Source of the DNA: an uncultured Pseudomonadales bacterium
Lineage (GTDB): Bacteria; Patescibacteriota; Microgenomatia; UBA1400; CAYXSR01
Direction of reading: 5' to 3'
NCBI GenBank assembly: GCA_964430265.1
Contig: CAYSEI010000001.1
Location: forward strand, 154,786-218,785
DNA: 64,000 nt
Shown: positions 9,506 through 21,441 of the stretch, piece by piece
Layout of the letters: each line of letters begins with the position of its first letter
How positions within the stretch are numbered: position 1 is the stretch's first letter
The notes under the pieces: model-generated
Database searches by the model: none
The model's input: the letters and a program-made list of their open reading frames with translations, nothing else
Told to the model about the DNA's origin: nothing
Program-made: the position numbers and the translations under genes

Positions 9506-10896
9506 TGCAGAATAGAGAAGAGAGTAGTGATATATCCTATAATTCCTTGTTTAAACATCCTATAATAACTTTGTTTTCACGAATTATGCTATAATTTTTC
9601 ACGCTGGCAGCAATGCATATTAAATGCTAAGTATTTTTTTCGGGTGATATGGTTTGATATAGTGTTGTGGAAAAGTAGAGGTTAAAGGAAGAAGATGAAT
9701 AGTTAGAGAACAAATAACTAAAAATAAATAATTCAAAATAAAATAACAAAATAATTTTTCGTATTTTTAAAAATTGATTTTAGGGCTTATCTTCTCCCGC
9801 TTATATTTTGCCGTTTTTTTGCATCTTAGAGAAGGTAGATTACTGGTGTGAGTATTATGTCGCACAAGATACATTTTGCGACATTAAGCTAATGTGGGAG
9901 AAGAATCACTCTTGTTTTTTTAAATTCTAAAAAAACCGTAACATTTGCAAAAAAATCATAAAAAATAACTATTATCTGAATCTTATTTTTGTTCTACTAC
10001 TCTATTTTTTTCTTAACTTTCATTGTTTCTTCTTAGCGTCTTTGTTTACAAGTAAAAAGTTTGTTTTTAACTAAATATTTGTAGTTTTATCAAAAGTTTG
10101 GTCTTTGTTAACGACTAGTTATATATTAACTATCTTTAAAATAGCTTAGAATGGCGCTTATTGATTTATCCTCATGTGACAAGTAAAATTAACGGTTTTC
10201 ATTATTTATTTACAATAAAACCTAATGCATATGGTTTTTATTGACAACAACCTACTATCACAATACAAAAATTATTTTATACACGTTAATTTATTAAAAT
10301 TTGAATGTGAATGTTTAAAAAAAAGTGTTTGTATTTCCCAATTTTAAAATAACTCTAAATATTTTAATTGCAACATTTTGTAAATAATTGCAATTAAAAG
10401 TAAAAGTAAAATTTTTGCTCACTTTATAAATTATTGTTAAATTAAAGTTTATTAAATAAATTAAAATGAATATTTAGGATAAACTTTACACGTCGCACAA
10501 AATTTTAATTTATTGTAAACTTATATTTTATCAGATTTTATAAATTACTATTGATTATCAAAAATTCAACAATTCTTGACATTATTGTTTTTATTTGTTT
10601 TAATATCGTAGTGTCGCACAAAACACTACTCTACTCTGATAAGTAAAAGTAGTTAAAAATAGCTACACTTTAAATAATAAAAGCAAATATTTGCAAAAAA
10701 AAAGATAGTTAAACAATTTGCTTAAAAAATTTATTAATTGATTTAATAGAAATTCTTGAAATTGTAAAAAAAGTATCTATTAGAGGTATTATTCTAATTA
10801 GATATGTAACAGATAAATAACAATGTATAAAACAGGGTATAAATTTGACTGTCAAATCAATATATTATTAAATTACCCCTGTTTTAGCACTTAAAA

Positions 10897-11886
10897 ATGA
10901 TGTTTGCTAAAGATTCCACCTCTGATGACGATAAAATTACTCGAGAAGACCCAAATGCATGGGAATACTGGATTGATCAGTTTCTGGAGTATCTGGAACT
11001 TGAAAAAAATAGTTCTCCACTGACTATCAGGAATTACCGCTTGTATTTAAAGACTTTTGAAGAGTGGATTAGTGAAAAATATGACAATTTAGATTTGTGC
11101 GACTTGGATGTGGATGTAATTAAGGATTACCGATTGCATTTAAAAAGAAAAAAAACTCGCGATGGACAAACTTTGAAAAAGAAAACCCAGGCATATTATC
11201 TTACAGCTCTGCGCTCATTTCTTAAATTCCTTTCCAAGCGAGATATTGATTCAATGGCGGCTGTAAAGATAGAGTTGCCTAAAGAAGAGGAAACTCCAAT
11301 TAAGTTTTTGAATCCGGACCAGGTTCACCGATTAGTTGAAGCTCCGGAAACAACAGAAGAAGCAGATTTGCGTGATAAAGCTATTTTAGAGACCTTATTT
11401 TCTACAGGTTTACGTGTCTCTGAATTAGTCAGCTTGGACCGCGATCAGCTTGATTTTAAGCGCAAGGAACTTGGTGTAATAGGTAAAGGTAGGCGTCCCC
11501 GGGTAGTGTTTTTATCAGACCGCTGTGTTGTTTGGCTGAAAAGATATTTGCAAAAAAGGGATGATGATTGGAAGCCTTTATTTATCCGTTATTCCGGAGC
11601 TGTGGACCATTCTAGTTACGGAGAAAATATGCGGCTTTCATCTCGTTCTGTACAAAGAATTGTTAAAAAATACGGGAAAAAGGCTGGGCTTCCAATTGAG
11701 GTAACTCCTCATGTTTTGCGTCATTCGTTTGCAACTGATTTATTAGCTCATGGGGCGGATTTAAGATCTGTTCAGGAAATGCTGGGACATAAAAACGTTT
11801 CCACAACACAAATTTATACTCACGTAACAAATAAAAGGCTTAAGGAAGTACATAAGAAATTTCACTCCGGAAGTTCAGAAGATTAA
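10897..11886 (+). CDS. Tyrosine recombinase (XerC/XerD / phage integrase family)
   Basis: C-terminal catalytic region VLRHSFATDLLAHGADLRSVQEMLGHKNVSTTQIYTHV (R..HxxR..Y). N-terminal SAM-like core-binding domain (LELEKNSSPLTIRNYRLYLK). Confidence 0.85.
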   Translation: MMFAKDSTSDDDKITREDPNAWEYWIDQFLEYLELEKNSSPLTIRNYRLYLKTFEEWISEKYDNLDLCDLDVDVIKDYRLHLKRKKTRDGQTLKKKTQAYYLTALRSFLKFLSKRDIDSMAAVKIELPKEEETPIKFLNPDQVHRLVEAPETTEEADLRDKAILETLFSTGLRVSELVSLDRDQLDFKRKELGVIGKGRRPRVVFLSDRCVVWLKRYLQKRDDDWKPLFIRYSGAVDHSSYGENMRLSSRSVQRIVKKYGKKAGLPIEVTPHVLRHSFATDLLAHGADLRSVQEMLGHKNVSTTQIYTHVTNKRLKEVHKKFHSGSSED

Positions 11887-12203
11887 AGTCCCTTACAAAA
11901 AGTTCCGTCAGCTTCCATTGTTCTGCATGCTTCCGGATATTTTTCCGGATTATCGTGTACAGAGCATCTTCCAGCATCATTAAGTGCTTCGCAATCTCTT
12001 CTTAAAGTAAAAGAAAAAAGACCTTTTTTTTTATCTACCTTAATATTATTAGGTGAACTTGGATTTAATTTAGCAATTCTTAGGATAGTTGATTCAATAC
12101 CGTCTTTACCGGCTACAAAGGTTTGTCCTTTATGGCAGCAGGCTTGAGTATCACATTGACGGCAATTTTCCGATATTCTGCTCATAATAAATTTATCATT
12201 CAA
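11883..12203 (-). CDS. YkgJ-family cysteine-cluster protein (putative Zn/Fe-chelating domain)
   Basis: CRQCDTQACCHKG (CxxCx4CC) plus downstream Cys residues. Overlaps the recombinase stop by 4 nt. Confidence 0.5.
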   Translation of the reverse strand: MNDKFIMSRISENCRQCDTQACCHKGQTFVAGKDGIESTILRIAKLNPSSPNNIKVDKKKGLFSFTLRRDCEALNDAGRCSVHDNPEKYPEACRTMEADGTFCKGL

Positions 12204-13659
12204 AAGCTTTTTTTAATTCTACCCTGGCTTTGTCAGGATCTAGTTGATCTAATAATTCATTTGTTAACTTTTTGTCTTTTCCATATCTACTATATCCTTT
12301 TATAATTCTTTTCAAAAGCTCTAAATATGATTCACTTTCTTGATCTCTTCCTGATACAATAATATCAAATACAAAAGCTAATCTTGAATTCATTTCTTTC
12401 TTTTTGCCATTTGTTCTTCTCATAAAATCAACATTTAAGTCTTTTCTGGTTCCGGAGTGTTTTTCAATTGTCTCTAATAATTTTACTAAACGTGGATTTA
12501 TTTCCCCTTCTAAATTTAAAATACCTACTTTTTTTAAATACCCTTTAGCTTCTGCTGCAGATATATCAATTGTTTTTCCTGCTGTTCTTATTTGCCAGCC
12601 CTGTTTGTGTTTATAAGATAATTCATTTGGTCTATCTCCCAAATCTCTTGTACTCATTACACCACTTGGTAAAGCTAAAGAAAAAAGTCTATTTTCTAAA
12701 TCCGCTTGTTTCTCCATTAGCACAAGGAGTTTTTTTTCAAATTCATTTTCAGGAGATTCCTTTTCTTTGATTTGTGTATATTGGTAAAATAAGTAGGCTT
12801 TCTTTATAGTTTCTACATCAATATCTTTTAAATTTACATGTCTTTTATGATATCTCTTGGCATCTGACCAAGCTTTTGTAGCAATTGGTTTCAAATATTG
12901 TTTACTTATTCTTTGGGGATTCAAACTAAAATTTACAGACTCAATATTTCTGTCTTCGTCTTGAGGGAAAACTCTAACCCAGATTGGTTCATCTTGATTT
13001 TTTTCTTTTAAAACCTTTATTATAGTAGGAAAAAATTTATAAATAAAATCGTCAAAAGAAGAGATCTCTCGGATTAAATGTCCGGTAGTCGTCAGTTCAT
13101 TTCCATATTTTTCTTTATATTCTGGAAGTCCTGCATGAGTTTGATCCCTTAATCGTCCCAGTCCAATCCAAATATTATCATAATTATTAAGTAATTCTTT
13201 GACTCTTTGCCAAATTAGAGGAATATCATCTATTAAAAACCATCTAGTTTCTGGATCATTGATATTAGCTTCTGCTTGCCAATGGGCAGAGTCAATTTTT
13301 AAAGGTATAATTGTATTAATTCCGTACTCTTCTGTATGATATCCGTATCCTAATTCCTTTGATCTTTGTGTTAGCTGCTCCAAATTTTCTTCATAAGTTT
13401 GTGGTTCAGGTTCATCAAGTTCGTTTAGATAGTTTCTAATATGAAAAATAGTAAGCATATCGGCAAAGGAATAACCTTCCAAATATTTACTATATTCGTC
13501 ATTTTTGTGGATAAATTCAATAAATTCAGGAAAGTTTTCCTCAAGATGAGAGGTATTTACAAAATCATCTGGCCAGTGAATAGATTGTTTCAATCTTGTT
13601 GGAATAGTTCTTCCATGTTCTGTTTTAGGGTGGGTTAAGGGACAAAATTCTGACAACAT
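12196..13659 (-). CDS. Hypothetical 487-513 aa protein with no recognisable motif
   Basis: Long uninterrupted ORF with protein-like composition. No Walker A or other signature found. Start placed at ATG 13659 (MLSEFCPL), but the ORF is open up to 13737. Confidence 0.5.
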   Translation of the reverse strand: MLSEFCPLTHPKTEHGRTIPTRLKQSIHWPDDFVNTSHLEENFPEFIEFIHKNDEYSKYLEGYSFADMLTIFHIRNYLNELDEPEPQTYEENLEQLTQRSKELGYGYHTEEYGINTIIPLKIDSAHWQAEANINDPETRWFLIDDIPLIWQRVKELLNNYDNIWIGLGRLRDQTHAGLPEYKEKYGNELTTTGHLIREISSFDDFIYKFFPTIIKVLKEKNQDEPIWVRVFPQDEDRNIESVNFSLNPQRISKQYLKPIATKAWSDAKRYHKRHVNLKDIDVETIKKAYLFYQYTQIKEKESPENEFEKKLLVLMEKQADLENRLFSLALPSGVMSTRDLGDRPNELSYKHKQGWQIRTAGKTIDISAAEAKGYLKKVGILNLEGEINPRLVKLLETIEKHSGTRKDLNVDFMRRTNGKKKEMNSRLAFVFDIIVSGRDQESESYLELLKRIIKGYSRYGKDKKLTNELLDQLDPDKARVELKKAFE

Positions 13660-13781
13660 AAATTTTTCTATATATATTAAAAGCGAAAGAATTATATCAG
13701 ATTTATTCTGTTTTGTAAAAAATATATGAAATAACAATCTTATTTGATAAAATACAAAAAGAAATAAATTAACTTAAAAAT

Positions 13782-14276
13782 ATGAACGGAAAAAAAACAT
13801 GTCCATTTTGTAAGCTTGATCCCCTAAAATTTCAAGTTCTTTGGACAAGTAAGTATTTTGTTGCTTTTTTTGATGCATTTCCTGTGAATCCGGGACACTA
13901 TTGTTTAATTCCTAAACGTCACTGTTTGACATTAAATGAACTTGAGAAAAAGGAATGGGTTAGGTTACAAAAAGCGTTAAAGGATTCAAGAGAAGTATTA
14001 AAAAGCTTGTCTTTAGAAGAAATTTACACTAAAATGCTTAAAAATCCTATTTCTGATTATTCTAGAAATTTTTGCTTTGAAGCTTTAAAAGACAGCAGGA
14101 AATATAAAAAGATTGATGCTTTTAATATCGGAATTAATGATGGACGATCTGCCGGAAGAACAATTGATCATTTACATATTCAAGTAATTCCTAGATATAA
14201 AGGAGATGTTTCAAATCCTACAGGGGGAATTAGGAATGTAATTCCATCTAAAGCAAATTATAGACAAGATATTTAG
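13782..14276 (+). CDS. HIT (histidine triad) family protein
   Basis: N-terminal CPFCKL, the AFFDAFPVNPGHYCLIPKRH block, and the HIT motif HLHIQVIPR. Confidence 0.8.
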   Translation: MNGKKTCPFCKLDPLKFQVLWTSKYFVAFFDAFPVNPGHYCLIPKRHCLTLNELEKKEWVRLQKALKDSREVLKSLSLEEIYTKMLKNPISDYSRNFCFEALKDSRKYKKIDAFNIGINDGRSAGRTIDHLHIQVIPRYKGDVSNPTGGIRNVIPSKANYRQDI

Positions 14277-14279
14277 TTT

Positions 14280-15071
14280 TTATTGTCCAAATAGTTCAAA
14301 TGTTTTAACTAGGTTTTGTGTAGTTGTAGCTGGATCTAATTTTTCTTTCCAATCCCAACTAGATTTGTTATCTTCTAGTTCTGTAATCATTCGCCTAAAA
14401 AATTGAGAGGGAACACTTTTTTTATCATCTTCTACCACGACAAACCCTGAAGATCCTTCCTTTATCAATAAATAAGGACGGTTGTTTATATTTTCAGCAG
14501 CTTCTTCTAAATATCTATGGTTAGAAAATAATATGGGTTTAATTTCAAAATCCTCCATTGTTTGATGCAAGTCTCTTCCAATTTCTGCTATATGACTAGT
14601 CGAAACAGGTGCAATATGCCAATGTGCATGATATATTGATTTACCCAAAGCTATTTGTTTGTCTGGATTTTCTTGTGTACATCCCATACCGTGTTCAAAT
14701 TCAATAAATGTATCAATACCTTCTTTCTGACGTATTGTTCTCTTTATTTTATCTACTAAATAATAGAATTGTTGATGAGTATCATTAGGCAAAGAAATTG
14801 TAGATAATAAATGTTTTTTCGGAGTAATAACAGTATGATGTAAGGTTATTGGAGCAAAGTCTACGAATGCACGTAAATCTATAGTTTCCCCAAGAATTTG
14901 ACTATATTTTCTTAGGTTTGGATATTTTTGGTAAAATCTAACATCTCCTTCCGGATGAAATCCATGACAAAATGGGCAAAACCCGGTTGATTCTTTTTTT
15001 TCTGGTCTTAAATATATATTTTGTAATCTTTCTACTATCTTGATTTCCTTAAAATAAATTATTATAAAACA
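14280..15071 (-). CDS. Second HIT-family protein, convergent with the first; open frame with no canonical start codon
   Basis: Same-frame translation upstream of the ORF-track TTG start gives CPFCHGFHPEGDV...AFVDFAPITLHHTVITPKKH...HAHWHIAP, a complete HIT fold. The frame is open to the TAA at 15072-15074 with no ATG/GTG/TTG before codon 14792. Confidence 0.55.
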   Translation of the reverse strand, partial: CFIIIYFKEIKIVERLQNIYLRPEKKESTGFCPFCHGFHPEGDVRFYQKYPNLRKYSQILGETIDLRAFVDFAPITLHHTVITPKKHLLSTISLPNDTHQQFYYLVDKIKRTIRQKEGIDTFIEFEHGMGCTQENPDKQIALGKSIYHAHWHIAPVSTSHIAEIGRDLHQTMEDFEIKPILFSNHRYLEEAAENINNRPYLLIKEGSSGFVVVEDDKKSVPSQFFRRMITELEDNKSSWDWKEKLDPATTTQNLVKTFELFGQ

Positions 15072-15219
15072 TTAAGTTGTTTGCTATATAATTTTTTTCT
15101 AATTTATTAGCTTAAATATAACATATTTAAATAAAATTGCATAGTTAATATGTATGTTTAAATTATTTCTGCTTCTTCTATTTCATTAAATTTAAAAGTT
15201 TGTGTTATAGTATTAATAT

Positions 15220-15750
15220 ATGATTTTAAACCAGGAACAAATAATAATTATTGCAACAAAAGCAGGTAGGATTGGATTAATAATCCTTCTCGCCATTACA
15301 AGTGGAAAGATAATCGATTTTTTAGTTAAAAAATTGAGAAAGCAAATAAAACTTACAGGTATAGAAGAATCGGAAGATCAGAGAAGAAAAAGATTAAATA
15401 CAATTAATTCTTTATTAACTACCAGCAGCAGCATTATAATCAGTTTAATTGCTTTATTAATTATTCTGGCGGAATTAGGTGTTAATATTTTACCTCTTTT
15501 AACGGGAATAGGAATATTAGGTTTAGGTTTTGGTATGGGTGCAAAAACCATGATTTCTGATTTAATTGCGGGTTTTTTTATACTTCTTGAAAATCAGTTT
15601 AATGTTGGAGATCAGGTAAAACTTGGTGGTCAGTGGGAAGGAAAAGTGCAAGAAATTACATTAAGAACAGTCCATTTAAAAGACAAAAAAGGCAGAAAAT
15701 ATATTATTCCCAATTCACAAATAAATACGGTAATTATTTTAGAAGAATAA
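15220..15750 (+). CDS. Small MscS-family mechanosensitive channel
   Basis: Pore helix GMGAKTMISDLIAGFFILLENQFNVGDQVKL followed by the beta-domain ITLRTVHLKD..G.KYIIPNSQI. Confidence 0.6.
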   Translation: MILNQEQIIIIATKAGRIGLIILLAITSGKIIDFLVKKLRKQIKLTGIEESEDQRRKRLNTINSLLTTSSSIIISLIALLIILAELGVNILPLLTGIGILGLGFGMGAKTMISDLIAGFFILLENQFNVGDQVKLGGQWEGKVQEITLRTVHLKDKKGRKYIIPNSQINTVIILEE

Positions 15751-15798
15751 TAAAAATTAAAGATTTCAAGATTTGAAGTAATATTTTAAAGCCAGTTC

Positions 15799-18417
15799 TT
15801 ATTTTTTCTCTTCCTCTTCAAGTTTTCTTTTGTCCAAGCATGTGACTGCTGCAACTTTGTCATTTTTATCTTTAAAGCGCATCAGTATTACGCCTTGAGT
15901 TACCCGGCTTAATCTTGGAATATTCTTAAGCGGTAGTTTGATCACTTGGCCAGATGTTGAAGTTACAACAATATTTTTAATGTTTTGATTTACCCAAAGT
16001 GCATTAACAACTTTTCCTGTTTTAGGGGTAATTTGTCCTACTTTAACTCCGACTCCGGCACGGTTTTGTACAGGGTATTTTTTTAACGGCGTTCTTTTAC
16101 CGATTCCGTTTTTCGTTACCATAAGAAGATCATTAAAGAATTTTAAACGTCCATCTTCAGGAGGTTCAATGTCAGCAGGAATTCTTTCAGCGGAAACTAC
16201 ATAATCGTCTTTTTTCAAGTTTATTCCTTTTACTCCGGTTGTTGCTCTTCCCATTGGCCTAACGTCTTTTTCTTCAAACTTGATTGACTTGCCGTTTCTG
16301 GTGACTAGCATAACATAATCTTTTCCTGTGGTGGCCATTGCCTCTACTAGACGGTCGTCTTTTTTTAGATTGACTGCAATCAGGCCGTTGGAACGGATAT
16401 TTTCATAATCACCAATCTTAGTTTTTTTGACAATGCCTTTTTTGGTTGCTACTAAAATGTATTTTTTCTTTTTGTCTCCATTAAGTTTTAATACGGCTTG
16501 TACTTTTTCATTTTGTTCAATATTTATTAAATTAATAATTGCTTGTCCCTTACTCTGTCTTGTGCATTCTGGAAGGTTAAATGCTTTAAGGTCAAAAACT
16601 TTCCCTTTATCAGTAAAGAAGAGTAATCGGTCATGTGTAGTTGCAGACATTATATCGGCAATCACATCTTCTTCTTTAGTTTTCATGCCTTTTACACCCT
16701 TCCCTCCTCTTCTCTGTTTTTTGTAAGTACTGGTAGGGAGTCTTTTAATGTAACCGGACTTGGTAATAGTTATTAAACATTTTTTCTTGGCGACTAAATC
16801 TTCTTCACTAAATTGATCTAGTGGTTGCTTATAAAGTTTTGTTCTTCTTTCATCACCGTATTTTTCTTTAAGATCTTTAAGTTCTCCAACTATTACATTC
16901 AAGACTTCTTTTGGATCATTCAGAAGTGTAACTAGTTTATCAATTTTCTTTTTGATTTCCTTATATTCATCTTCTATTTTTTGTCTTTCTAAAGCTGCCA
17001 ATCTTCTCAACTGCATATTTAAGATTGCTTCCGCCTGAATATCTGTAAGTTCAAACTTTTCCATCAAGTTTTTACGCGCAATATCTGCATCTTTTGATTT
17101 TTTGATAGTTTCAATTACCGCATCTAAGTTGTCCAATGCAATTTTAAGACCTTCTAAAATATGGGCTCTTCTGCGTGCTTTTTTTAGATTAAACTGTGCT
17201 CTTTTAACGACAACTATTTGTCGGTGTTTAATAAATTCCGAAAGAATAATTTTTAAATTAACCAATTGAGGTGTACCGTTTACAAGTGTAACCAAGTTGG
17301 CGGGAAAACTTTTTTGTAATCTAGTTCTTTTGTATAAATTATTCAGAACTGCTTTTGGCCTTGCATTTCTTTTTAGTTCAATTGCAATCTGCATGCCTCT
17401 GCGGTCGGATTCGTCACGGATGTCAGTTATCCCGTTTATTTTTTCGTCTTTAACCAAGTCTGCAATTTTTTTAATTAAACGTGCTTTATTAACCTGATAA
17501 GGAAGTTCTTTAACTAATATTTTATGATGTCTTTTTTCCTCAACAATTTCTGTTACTGCCCGGTTAATAATTTTACCCTTACCAGTTGTATATGCTTCTT
17601 TAATTTTTTCCCAATCATACATTTCTCCACCGGTTGGGAAATCTGGTCCTTGAAGGTGTTCAAACAATTGTTCATATGTAACTTCGGAATGGAAATCTCC
17701 GGTCAGTTTTTCTGCTTCAACTTCTTCAGGTTTTGCAATTTTTTCCTTGTTCTCTTTTTCAGATTTACCATGTTTGATCATTTCTTTAACAGCATCAATG
17801 ACCTCGCTCAAGTTGTGTGGGGGGATTTTGGTTGCCATGCCAACAGCAATACCGTCAGCACCTAGTAAAAGGAGATTAGGAATTTTTGCCGGTAAGTATT
17901 TTGGTTCTTCCATTGAACCGTCAAAGTTATCAATAAATTCAACAGTTTCTTTATTAATATCTTTTAGCATTTCCTGAGAAATTTCTGCCATTCTTGCCTC
18001 TGTATAACGCATAGCTGCAGCAGAATCTCCGTCAACCGAACCAAAGTTACCGTGTCCGTCAACCAAAGGATACCTAAGAGAAAAGTCTTGTGCCATTCTT
18101 ACTAAGGCGTCATAAATTGCTGCGTCTCCATGCGGATGGTATTTCCCCATAGTTTCACCAACAATCTTTGCTGATTTGGAATATTTGCTGTTATGTGTAA
18201 CTCCCATACTATTCATGGCATATAGAATTCTTCTCTGAACCGGCTTCATACCGTCACGCACGTCAGGCAAGGCTCTAGAAACAATAACACTCATAGCATA
18301 ATCAAGGTATGCTTGTTTCATTTCATCGGTAATTTTGGTAGGAACAATCTTACCAATGCCTTTTTTCTTAATAACTCTATCTTTTAAACTGGTTTGTTCT
18401 TCTTTTTTATCGTTCAT
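15799..18417 (-). CDS. gyrA: DNA gyrase subunit A
   Basis: N-terminal YAMSVIVSRALPDVRDGMKPVQRRILYAM with active-site Tyr region, the 872-aa length, and C-terminal beta-pinwheel repeats. Confidence 0.95.
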   Translation of the reverse strand: MNDKKEEQTSLKDRVIKKKGIGKIVPTKITDEMKQAYLDYAMSVIVSRALPDVRDGMKPVQRRILYAMNSMGVTHNSKYSKSAKIVGETMGKYHPHGDAAIYDALVRMAQDFSLRYPLVDGHGNFGSVDGDSAAAMRYTEARMAEISQEMLKDINKETVEFIDNFDGSMEEPKYLPAKIPNLLLLGADGIAVGMATKIPPHNLSEVIDAVKEMIKHGKSEKENKEKIAKPEEVEAEKLTGDFHSEVTYEQLFEHLQGPDFPTGGEMYDWEKIKEAYTTGKGKIINRAVTEIVEEKRHHKILVKELPYQVNKARLIKKIADLVKDEKINGITDIRDESDRRGMQIAIELKRNARPKAVLNNLYKRTRLQKSFPANLVTLVNGTPQLVNLKIILSEFIKHRQIVVVKRAQFNLKKARRRAHILEGLKIALDNLDAVIETIKKSKDADIARKNLMEKFELTDIQAEAILNMQLRRLAALERQKIEDEYKEIKKKIDKLVTLLNDPKEVLNVIVGELKDLKEKYGDERRTKLYKQPLDQFSEEDLVAKKKCLITITKSGYIKRLPTSTYKKQRRGGKGVKGMKTKEEDVIADIMSATTHDRLLFFTDKGKVFDLKAFNLPECTRQSKGQAIINLINIEQNEKVQAVLKLNGDKKKKYILVATKKGIVKKTKIGDYENIRSNGLIAVNLKKDDRLVEAMATTGKDYVMLVTRNGKSIKFEEKDVRPMGRATTGVKGINLKKDDYVVSAERIPADIEPPEDGRLKFFNDLLMVTKNGIGKRTPLKKYPVQNRAGVGVKVGQITPKTGKVVNALWVNQNIKNIVVTSTSGQVIKLPLKNIPRLSRVTQGVILMRFKDKNDKVAAVTCLDKRKLEEEEKK

Positions 18418-18425
18418 TTATGGGA

Positions 18426-19367
18426 TTAACTTAATACTTTTTCAATTACAGGAGCGACTTCTTTTTTGCGGGACATTTTGGGTCCGATGTCAAAGATTCC
18501 TGCTGCTAATTTTTCTGCTTTTGGAAAAGCACTTTCAATCACTTGCTGGTCATTTTCCAAAGCGATTATCTTGCTGTTGACCTTTAAAATATCAGTGACT
18601 AATACATATGCTTTATCTAAATTCATTTCTTTTTTTACGGAATAAATTGTTTTTATTAATTCTTCACTTTTTTTCAAGACTTTATCTTGTTCAACTGTCT
18701 CAATTTGGTTTATAAAGACTTTCTGTCCGGCAAAGTCATAAACTTTATAATCCTTTTTAACCAATTCTTCATTACTTAAACCCTTTATACTGGATTTGGC
18801 TTTAAAAATATTAAATGTGAGATCTTTAAGATCATCTATTTGGACAATTTTATTAAGCTTTTCAACGGCTTTTTTGTCTTTTTCGGTTGTAGTAGCAGAT
18901 TTAAGGCCGACTGTATCAGAAAGAATTGCACAGATCATTAACCCGGCTAAATTTTTGTCCGGGTCTACATTGTGCAATTGCATTAAATACCAAACTATTG
19001 TAGTGGTAGATCCCCAAGGTTTAGTGGTTACAGAAATTGTTTTGTTCAAGTTTAAAGATAATTTGTGATGATCAAAAATATCGGTTATTTGATTATCCTC
19101 TACTCCGTTCAATCTTTGTGATTCTTCATTGTGATCAACTAAAACAAAGTTGTCATTATTCTCAACTTCATCCGAATTTAATACCTTGGGTATTTTGGTA
19201 TTAAATTTATCAAATACAAATTCAGTTTCCCTATTTGCAGGATCAGCAAGCACTGCCCTACTCTCTTCTTTAGAAAAACAGGGTTTATTGTCAAATAGAT
19301 ATTTCAGGCTTAATGCTGAAACAACTGAATCAACGTCTGGTTTTTTATGTCCAATAATATATTTCAT
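18426..19367 (-). CDS. ppaC: DHH/DHHA2 phosphoesterase, probable Mn-dependent (family II) inorganic pyrophosphatase
   Basis: N-terminal IGHKKPDVDSVVSA, the DHH motif FVLVDHNE, and the DHHA2 block ILSDTVGLKSATTTEKD. The 313-aa length is typical. Confidence 0.6.
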   Translation of the reverse strand: MKYIIGHKKPDVDSVVSALSLKYLFDNKPCFSKEESRAVLADPANRETEFVFDKFNTKIPKVLNSDEVENNDNFVLVDHNEESQRLNGVEDNQITDIFDHHKLSLNLNKTISVTTKPWGSTTTIVWYLMQLHNVDPDKNLAGLMICAILSDTVGLKSATTTEKDKKAVEKLNKIVQIDDLKDLTFNIFKAKSSIKGLSNEELVKKDYKVYDFAGQKVFINQIETVEQDKVLKKSEELIKTIYSVKKEMNLDKAYVLVTDILKVNSKIIALENDQQVIESAFPKAEKLAAGIFDIGPKMSRKKEVAPVIEKVLS

Positions 19368-19368
19368 T

Positions 19369-21360
<1,992 letters not shown>

Positions 21361-21441
21361 CTAGTAATATCCATTGTATCAAGTCTACATAAAAATGCAA
21401 CTTAGGATTAATGCTTCCCCAGATAAATTACATACTTTCTT

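Noticed and set aside
9506-10896. oriC hypothesis for the long AT-rich spacer
   Set aside because: Only one 8/9 match to the DnaA box TTATCCACA was found (near 10166), and no dnaA or dnaN lies nearby. It is kept as a possibility within the finding but not called as a feature.
16427-17977. Several 66-113 aa plus-strand ORFs inside gyrA
   Set aside because: They are antisense to a highly conserved gene and have low-complexity Phe/Leu-rich translations typical of AT-rich antisense frames.
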